A DNA stretch of 64,000 nt from Lentisphaeria bacterium (lineage in GTDB: Bacteria; Verrucomicrobiota; Lentisphaeria; JABSQK01; JAWLHB01). Below, in pieces: positions 57,401 to 64,000 of the stretch. Where the stretch lies: the NCBI GenBank assembly GCA_041690595.1, contig JAWLHB010000015.1, positions 62,001-126,000 on the forward strand, read 5' to 3'. The notes under the pieces were generated by a model. The model had not been told where the DNA came from and made no database searches. It worked only from the letters and a program-made list of their open reading frames with translations. The position numbers were made by a program, and so were the translations under genes. How positions within the stretch are numbered: position 1 is the first letter of the stretch; every line of letters begins with the position of its first letter.

Positions 57401-58675
57401 TCAGGAGACGCGACGTATGCGCGCTCCCAGTTGGCGCAATTTAAGCTCCAGACGCTCGTATCCGCGATCGACGATCTCGGCGTTGGCAACCAGGCTGCGG
57501 CCACTGGCGCACAGCGCCGCGCTGACCAGCGCGATCCCGGCGCGGATATCCGGGCTGCGCAGAGGTTGACCTCGCAATTGCGTTCGCCCGGTAACCACGA
57601 CACGATGCGGATCGCAGACAATGATGCTGGCCCCCATCTGGATCAGCGGATCGACGAAATAGAGACGGCTCTCGAACATCTTCTCGAAGAAGAGGACGGT
57701 CCCCTCGCTCTGGGTGGCAAGCATCAGCATCGCGCTCATCAGGTCGGAAGGAAATTGAGGCCACGGTCCGTCATCGACCCGCGGAACATGCCCACCGATG
57801 TCTTTGCGGATCCGCGGTTCCTGCCCGCCAGGCAGGTGAATGCTGGACGGACTGAACTCCAGCTCCAGCCCAAAACGCTCGAAAACCCGGTTGATCATCC
57901 AGTAGTGGCTGCGGACCGTATCGTGAACGGTAATCTCTCCGCCGGTAGCCGCCGCAAGCGCCAGAAAGCTCCCCACCTCAATGTGGTCGGACTGGATGCG
58001 GTGACTCGCACCTCCCAGGCGATCCACCCCGGTGACGACGAGTGTATTGGTGTTGACTCCCGAGACGTTCGCACCCATTTGGTTCAGCAGGTTGGCCAGA
58101 TCCTGTACGTGCGGCTCGCTGGCGGCATTGCGCAGGGTGGTCGTTCCCTCCGCGGTGACGGCCGCCATGAGAATGTGTTCCGTAGCCGTCACGCTCGCTT
58201 CGTCAAAAAAAAGCTCCGCTCCCTTCAGCCGCCGCGAGACGCTGAAGTCGAACGCATCCTCGTCGATGACCGCTCCAAGCTTGCGCAGCCCATAGAAATG
58301 CGCATCCAGCCGCCGGGTGCCGATGACGTCACCGCCCGGCGGATAGACCCTCGCCTTGCCCAGGCGCACCAGCAGCGGGGCGACCAGCAGAAAGCTGGTG
58401 CGCAGGCGCGAGCAAAGGCGGCGGGGGATCTCATGCGTGCGGATCTCCCTGGCCTGGATCCACACTTCGCCATCCTCGCGCTGCACCTCCACGCCAAGGT
58501 GGTCGAGAATCTCGAGCATGCCGTCGACGTCGCGGATGTCCGGCACGTTCCTGAGGATGACGGGCTGATCGGTGAGCAGCGCCGCCGCGATCATCGGCAG
58601 CGCCGCATTCTTGTTGCCGCTCGCGGTGATCTCGCCGCGTATCGGCACGCCCCCTTCAATGTCGAACTCGCTCAT
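57401..58675 (-). CDS. murA: UDP-N-acetylglucosamine 1-carboxyvinyltransferase
   Basis: SGNKNAALP, PGGDVIGTR, SVTATE, EPHV.DL, FESR, DIRAG and DRGYE motifs. Confidence 0.96.
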   Translation of the reverse strand: MSEFDIEGGVPIRGEITASGNKNAALPMIAAALLTDQPVILRNVPDIRDVDGMLEILDHLGVEVQREDGEVWIQAREIRTHEIPRRLCSRLRTSFLLVAPLLVRLGKARVYPPGGDVIGTRRLDAHFYGLRKLGAVIDEDAFDFSVSRRLKGAELFFDEASVTATEHILMAAVTAEGTTTLRNAASEPHVQDLANLLNQMGANVSGVNTNTLVVTGVDRLGGASHRIQSDHIEVGSFLALAAATGGEITVHDTVRSHYWMINRVFERFGLELEFSPSSIHLPGGQEPRIRKDIGGHVPRVDDGPWPQFPSDLMSAMLMLATQSEGTVLFFEKMFESRLYFVDPLIQMGASIIVCDPHRVVVTGRTQLRGQPLRSPDIRAGIALVSAALCASGRSLVANAEIVDRGYERLELKLRQLGARIRRVS

Positions 58676-58701
58676 GATTCTCGATCCTCTCTACCTGCCG
58701 C

Positions 58702-59592
58702 TCAATGCTGCAGACTTTCGGGCTTGCGGATATCCGGCCCAAGGGAAGGGACTATCGGGCCGAGCAGGGTTTCCCTGCCGCCCAACGCCATGTGCACCCA
58801 GCGGCGCTCCCCCTTGATGGTGGCGATCGTGGAGGTGTACTGCTGGCTGCGAGTCAGGATATCCTGGAAGAGCCCGCCATAGTAGAGAATGAAGTAAAGA
58901 TCGCCAACGGGTGGGGCGGGATAATCCGTATGACCGATCTGATAGCGCTTGTCTTCGCCGGGCCGCAGTCCAGTAAGGCCATAGTCCCATACTTCCTGGT
59001 GAAGCACCCGCTGCCCGTCCTGAGTGAAGACATAGAGCAACGTCCGCCCATGCAGCACAAAGCCATTGGGCTGCCAACCGGGCAGGATCCACAACTCGAG
59101 GCTGCCGTCCGCTCTGGTGCGGATGAACTGGTCGAAGAGAAGGCCATCGCTTTCCAGATTCGGCGCAATGACCCGCCGATAGCTCCACTCCAGCGTGCGC
59201 AGATAGGGGAGGGCGCGCGGAAACGGCTCATCCGTCGGCACCGGCAGCACCGTCCCCGCTGTGGGATCGACCATGTAGCGAGCCTGTTCCTGAAACGCTT
59301 CAGCCGCCGCATCGAACTTGCCGAATACCGCGAACCAGCCGTTTTCCGTCTCGAAGCAAAAGGCATCGCGAGACAACTCCACCAGCCCCGCCGGAGGATT
59401 CTTGCGAGCCTCCTCACGCGCCAGGTGCATGACGGCACGGTATCGCGCCAGCCATTCCGCCTGCGCGGCCCGCTGGTTGAAGAGCGCCAACGGTGAATCC
59501 GCTGACGGCTGATGCTCTTTCAGCAGGACGCCTGACAGGCAGCCTCCGCACATGACCACGACCATGATGCACATTCCCGCAACTTTCAGCAT
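58702..59592 (-). CDS. Hypothetical lipoprotein
   Basis: MLKVAG + hydrophobic stretch + lipobox-like CGGC; ATG 59592 follows GAGG. Confidence 0.65.
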   Translation of the reverse strand: MLKVAGMCIMVVVMCGGCLSGVLLKEHQPSADSPLALFNQRAAQAEWLARYRAVMHLAREEARKNPPAGLVELSRDAFCFETENGWFAVFGKFDAAAEAFQEQARYMVDPTAGTVLPVPTDEPFPRALPYLRTLEWSYRRVIAPNLESDGLLFDQFIRTRADGSLELWILPGWQPNGFVLHGRTLLYVFTQDGQRVLHQEVWDYGLTGLRPGEDKRYQIGHTDYPAPPVGDLYFILYYGGLFQDILTRSQQYTSTIATIKGERRWVHMALGGRETLLGPIVPSLGPDIRKPESLQH

Positions 59593-59728
59593 TTCCTCAT
59601 GCTCCCTCTGAACTGTACCACCTGCCTTCACCTCACGCGGAAGAACCGCCGCGGCTCCCGCCTCGACCGCTATCCGCAAACCTTAACAACATAACCGCTC
59701 CCGCGCAGCTTTCATCGTCCGACTCCGC

Positions 59729-61492
59729 TTATTTCCCCGCGCCTTCCAGCAGCTGCATCAACTCCTCGTCAATGCCGAAGCGTGACTCGCACAGGCTCTC
59801 CACAGTCGAGTTCACGTAAAAGGGACGAAGCGCCTGCCGGAACTGCTTGATGGCTGCCTCGCGTTTCTGGCCGAAGTCGGCGATGACATTGCCCAGCATC
59901 GTGCGCCGATAATCGACAAGCGAGCCGTCGCGGCAGGACTTGCGGTACATCTGCTGGTGCTCGATGAGGCGGGCACGTCGCGCCTGGTGGTCACGCATCG
60001 CCGCAAGCGCAACGAGCAGGCGGAAGCGCTGCCGGTGCCGGCGGACACGCAGCGGTGTGGCAGGTGGTCCGCTGCGATCGGCATCGGCCAGCCAGGCCGC
60101 CAGGGCGGGATCATCGCTGCCGAAAAAGCTGCGGGCAACCGCACCGGCAAACGTTTCGGGTGAACAGGCGCGGCCATTCCATGTGGAGGCGGCGCTGTAA
60201 AGCATGGGCAGCCAGCAGGCTTCCATAGGTTCGGCAGGCGGATCGGCGGAAGCGATCTTGCCCCAGCCGGTGGCCATGACCCCCGGAAGACCGGCGCTCA
60301 CGGCCGCCTGTGTCCACGCATCGATATTCAGCACCCGTTCTCGATAGGGTGCGATGTCCTGAATCCAACTCGGCCCGCAGCCGGAGTAGCCGCTGGCCCC
60401 CCAGATCTTGCAGTCCGCGCCGAGATAGTCGGCCAGGAGCGGAAAGCGGTTGTTCCGCCCTCCATAGCCATAGACCCAGTACATCAGGATGGCCCGCTGG
60501 CCAAGATGCCAGGTAGATCGCGCCTCCTCTTCCGAAAGATGCCCATGAAGATTGCGCAGGATATCGTCCCACATGATCGGAGTGCGGCCCAGCGCCTCCA
60601 CCTGTTCCAGGCAGTTGTTGACCCGGTGGATATAGGAGGCTCCCTTGGAGTGCGTTCTGCACGTCTCGCATTCACCCAGGTGCGACGTCTCATCGGCGCC
60701 GATGTGGAAGTAGCGGCCGCCCGGCAGCGCCTCGTGCAACTCGACGCACATGGCGTTCCACAGCGCCTGCCCCTCTTCGTTGCGGGGGCAGTACTGATAC
60801 GGGTGCCCATTCTCCGCCAGGTGGCGGTAACGCTCGTGACGGAGCAGGTAGTCCACGTGCCCGAGGCTTTGCAGCTTCGGGATCAGCTCGATATGCATCG
60901 CCTGGCACTGCTCCGCCAGCGCCGTCAGTGTTTGCCGGTCATACGCCTCGGGAACCGCCATGCCAGGCGCACTGCCAAAGGCAAACTTGTCCTCCACCTC
61001 CAGCAACAGGTGGTTCACTTTGTAGCGCGCCAGCAGCCGGCACAGCTCCAGCAGGCGCGCCGGCCTGGGCTGACAGCCCTTGAGGTCCACATGGATGCCC
61101 CGCATCGCCATGATCGGCCAGTCCTGGATGATCTGCCGCGGCACCCGGCCACCATGCAGCGCCGTCAACTCCAGCAGCGTCTGAAAGCCATACCAGAGCC
61201 CCGCGGCATCGCGCGCGGCAAGAGTCACCCTCTCCTCGCCGATCTCCAGCGCGTACGCTTCCGGATGCTGGGGCACCGTTGGCAGATTGTCGGAGAGCGG
61301 GCATTCCTCCCGCGCCAGAATTGCCACATGGTTGCCGTAGTCCCGCTGCGCGAAGGTCATTCGCGGCAGATCCTGCCGCAGCAGCCCCAGCGTAGCCTCG
61401 CTCAACCCGCTGACGCCAGCCCACTTGAGCGAATCGATCGAGGCTTCTCCGCCGAGCAGGCGAACGATCTGAGCTTCAGGAATCAGCGCCAT
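59729..61492 (-). CDS. Glycoside hydrolase family 20 (beta-N-acetylhexosaminidase-like)
   Basis: EAYALEI..GLWYGFQTL, DWP..RGIHVD, QSLGH, FHIGADE (catalytic DE) and MWDD motifs. Start 61492 or 61510. Confidence 0.88.
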   Translation of the reverse strand: MALIPEAQIVRLLGGEASIDSLKWAGVSGLSEATLGLLRQDLPRMTFAQRDYGNHVAILAREECPLSDNLPTVPQHPEAYALEIGEERVTLAARDAAGLWYGFQTLLELTALHGGRVPRQIIQDWPIMAMRGIHVDLKGCQPRPARLLELCRLLARYKVNHLLLEVEDKFAFGSAPGMAVPEAYDRQTLTALAEQCQAMHIELIPKLQSLGHVDYLLRHERYRHLAENGHPYQYCPRNEEGQALWNAMCVELHEALPGGRYFHIGADETSHLGECETCRTHSKGASYIHRVNNCLEQVEALGRTPIMWDDILRNLHGHLSEEEARSTWHLGQRAILMYWVYGYGGRNNRFPLLADYLGADCKIWGASGYSGCGPSWIQDIAPYRERVLNIDAWTQAAVSAGLPGVMATGWGKIASADPPAEPMEACWLPMLYSAASTWNGRACSPETFAGAVARSFFGSDDPALAAWLADADRSGPPATPLRVRRHRQRFRLLVALAAMRDHQARRARLIEHQQMYRKSCRDGSLVDYRRTMLGNVIADFGQKREAAIKQFRQALRPFYVNSTVESLCESRFGIDEELMQLLEGAGK

Positions 61493-61658
61493 CTGGCCTC
61501 TCTCCCTCATAAGGTATGGATCTTCGTTTCGTGGATTTCTTGTAGAGTAGCGCCGGCATGGCTGATGTCCATGGAGAGCCCCTGCAAAATTGCGCTGGCG
61601 CAATGGCCTCCACACGGGTAGAGTAAGCACAGACGCCATTCATCACCATGGAGACCGC

Positions 61659-62564
61659 ATGGCCGACAGAGACGGAATTCACCGCCTGCTAAATGATCTG
61701 GAACTGGCGCGTCTCAGCCGCCTCTTCGTCAACTCGCGTTTCACCGTCGAGGGACAACTCCAGGGCGCGCATGCCAGCCCCCTCAAGGGCTTCAGCGTCG
61801 AGTTCGCCGATTACCGCCAGTATGTCCCCGGCGACGATCTGCGCCATCTCGACTGGCGCGTCTTCGGCCGCAACGAGCGCCTCTACATCCGCCAGTACGA
61901 AGAGGAATGCAATCTGCGCCTCTACCTCCTCGTCGACGGCTCCCGCTCCATGGCCTATGGCTACGAGAATCCCCCCAAGTACGAGTATGCCACGAAACTG
62001 GCTGCGTCACTCGCTTACGTCACCATCCAGCAGCAGGACAGCGTCGCCCTCACGCTCTTCAACACGGGCAGCGTTACCCACACACCCGCAAAGTCGGGGC
62101 TGGCCCACCTGCGTACCCTGGCCAACACCATGGCCGAGCTGACGCCCGAAGGGGAGACCGACGTCGCCACCAACATTCACCAGATCGCCCAGCAGGTCCA
62201 GCGGCGAGCCCTCATCGTCGTCATCAGCGACTTCTTCGACGAGCCGGAACGGCTCCGCGATGCGCTGGCTCACCTCAAGCGTCGCAAGCACGACGTTGTC
62301 CTCTATCACGTCCTCGACAAGGCCGAACTGGACTTCCCCTTCCGCGATCTGGGCAACTTCGAGGATCTGGAGAGCGGTGCCCGCATCATCACCAACCCTC
62401 GCGCCGTCCGCCGCGCCTACCAGGATGCGATCGCCGACTTCCTGAGGTCGGTGCAAGGGATGGCGCGCAGCCTGGATCTCGACTACAACCTCATCACCAC
62501 CGACCTGCCGATCCCCCCCTTCATCCAGCAGCACCTGACGCGACGTCAGCGCCAGGTGGGTTGA
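61659..62564 (+). CDS. DUF58 domain (vWA-like, MoxR-associated) protein
   Basis: G.SVEFADYRQYVPGDDLRHLDW, VDGSRSM and VISDF motifs. Confidence 0.92.
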   Translation: MADRDGIHRLLNDLELARLSRLFVNSRFTVEGQLQGAHASPLKGFSVEFADYRQYVPGDDLRHLDWRVFGRNERLYIRQYEEECNLRLYLLVDGSRSMAYGYENPPKYEYATKLAASLAYVTIQQQDSVALTLFNTGSVTHTPAKSGLAHLRTLANTMAELTPEGETDVATNIHQIAQQVQRRALIVVISDFFDEPERLRDALAHLKRRKHDVVLYHVLDKAELDFPFRDLGNFEDLESGARIITNPRAVRRAYQDAIADFLRSVQGMARSLDLDYNLITTDLPIPPFIQQHLTRRQRQVG

Positions 62565-62570
62565 AGCCGC

Positions 62571-64000
62571 TCAGTCGCCCGCGTCCTTCTCCAGCGCGTC
62601 GCCTTCCGCCGGTGCCACCACGGATTCTGTCTCCGACATGGCAGGCGCCGGTTCATACGCCTCGCTGGAAACCTCCGTCGGAGCGGATTTGGGAATCATC
62701 CGATTGATGTCGTGGAAGGTGACGTAGAGCATGAAGCCGATGATCATGAAGGCAAACGCATAGGTCAGCGGCAGCGCCACGCGGCTCGGCACGCGCCGCC
62801 CAGCGATTCCTTCGACCAGCCCGAAGACAATGTGGCCGCCATCGAGCACCGGCACCGGCAGCAGGTTCACGATCGCCAGACTGAAGGTGATGAGCACCAC
62901 CAGGTTGATCCCGTACATGAAGCCCGCGTGAAACGACTGCGTCATCGCCTGCACGATCATCACCGGGCCGCCCATGTTGCGGGCGCGAATCGGGTTGAGC
63001 CGATCGAAGAGGCTGCGCAAGGTGCGCGCCGTCAGGTTGATCACCTCCGTGAACTGCTTCCAGGGGGTCGGATGCAGGCGGACAATCTCCACCTTCGGCG
63101 CCAGCCCCAGGCCCAGCATCCATTGCACCCGCCCCTCGATCTCCCGTTCCTTCGCCTGAATCCCGGCGATCTCCAGGATCTCGTCGCCGCGGCGTACCTT
63201 CAGATCCATCGGCGCCCCCTTCGACGCCTTGGTCGTCTCGATCAGCACTTCCGAATTGAGCACGTCCCGGCCGTTCACCTCCAGGATCACGTCGCCCGCC
63301 TTCAGGCCAGCCGCCACCGCCGGCGAATCCTCATAGATCATGCTCACCTGCGTCTCGAAGCGCGGCGAGATGAAGGGGAAGCCCACGTTGTCCTGCTGCG
63401 GATTGCCCACCAGCGTATAGCTGATCTGCTTCGGCTCGCCATCTCGGGTGATATCCAGCACCACCTTGGCATCGTCCGCGAAGACAATCTCCTTGACCGC
63501 CGACTCCCAGCCACGGTCAAAACCGCGGCCGTTGACCTTGTGCACGATGTCTCCCGGCTGCAGCCCCGCCTTGGCTTCCGGCGTCGGGCGTCGCTCGCCG
63601 TCAGCAGTCAGGTAAGTCTGCTGGACGGTGCCCACTTCGAAGGAGGTCGCCGGTTTTGGCCCATTATAACCGATTGCCCAAACCATGGTCGCCAGCAGGA
63701 AGCCGAAGAGGATATTGAAAAGCGGGCCGGCGAAGGCCACAATGATCCGGTCGAGCGGCTTGGCGTGCGGTAATGGCTTGCCGTCGCTGGTCTCCACATG
63801 GTCGCCGGGCTCCAACTGGGGTATCGCCACGTATCCGCCAAACGGTATCCAACTCAGGCGGTATTCGATCCCCTTGTAGGTCCACTTCTTGATCGCGTGA
63901 CCGAACCCCACCGAGAATCGTTCCACATGCAGGCCGCGCCAGATGGCCGCCAGCAGGTGCCCGAACTCATGGATGAAGATACAGAACCCAAAGAAAAAGA
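62571..64000 (-). CDS. rseP: RIP metalloprotease RseP (M50) with two PDZ domains, 5'-truncated
   Basis: HEFGH encoded near 63957-63971, FSVGFG, AGPLFN, two AGL..GD PDZ domains, and NLLPVPVLDGGH. Confidence 0.94.
   Translation of the reverse strand, partial: FFFGFCIFIHEFGHLLAAIWRGLHVERFSVGFGHAIKKWTYKGIEYRLSWIPFGGYVAIPQLEPGDHVETSDGKPLPHAKPLDRIIVAFAGPLFNILFGFLLATMVWAIGYNGPKPATSFEVGTVQQTYLTADGERRPTPEAKAGLQPGDIVHKVNGRGFDRGWESAVKEIVFADDAKVVLDITRDGEPKQISYTLVGNPQQDNVGFPFISPRFETQVSMIYEDSPAVAAGLKAGDVILEVNGRDVLNSEVLIETTKASKGAPMDLKVRRGDEILEIAGIQAKEREIEGRVQWMLGLGLAPKVEIVRLHPTPWKQFTEVINLTARTLRSLFDRLNPIRARNMGGPVMIVQAMTQSFHAGFMYGINLVVLITFSLAIVNLLPVPVLDGGHIVFGLVEGIAGRRVPSRVALPLTYAFAFMIIGFMLYVTFHDINRMIPKSAPTEVSSEAYEPAPAMSETESVVAPAEGDALEKDAGD

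Noticed and set aside
61659..62564. MoxR/vWA chaperone operon
   Set aside because: Only DUF58 is present; no MoxR ATPase or vWA partner is adjacent in this window.

Overview
GC-rich bacterial chromosome segment; the gene repertoire suggests a PVC-superphylum organism such as Lentisphaerae or Kiritimatiellae (inference only). From left to right it contains: (1) the 3' part of a Wzy-type exopolysaccharide glycosyltransferase operon (1-7829); (2) a sigma-54 enhancer-binding protein with a degenerate receiver, divergent from a sigma-54 promoter driving two DegT aminotransferases and a Gfo/Idh/MocA oxidoreductase; (3) TetR, methyltransferase and DUF1330 genes; (4) a polysaccharide export module (beta-barrel, periplasmic OPX with duplicated SLBB pairs, Wzc); (5) a sigma-54-driven chemosensory operon cheA-W-R-D-Y-X-B-X-Y with a two-Hpt CheA and no receptor; (6) a sugar catabolic operon (lactonase-like amidohydrolase, two SDRs, GH127-like protein); (7) an accessory, repeat-rich zone (33.5-44.1 kb) with a Ca/Na antiporter, tspO, a TMTC-like GT-C/TPR protein, and an IclR / three-module QueG-RdhA-like Fe-S protein / PhyH dioxygenase unit bracketed by shared composite REP-like repeats; (8) a receiver-Ser/Thr kinase fusion, MFS, comEC, sulfatase, class II nrdJ, second PhyH, hybrid histidine kinase, URO-D family protein, murA (Cys->Asp type), lipoprotein, GH20, DUF58 and partial rseP. 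No rRNA, tRNA, CRISPR array, transposase or integrase was recognised. The best novelty candidates are the repeat-bracketed triple-QueG-like unit and a family of 9-bp-periodic triplet repeat arms. All family assignments come from motifs read by eye, not database searches.
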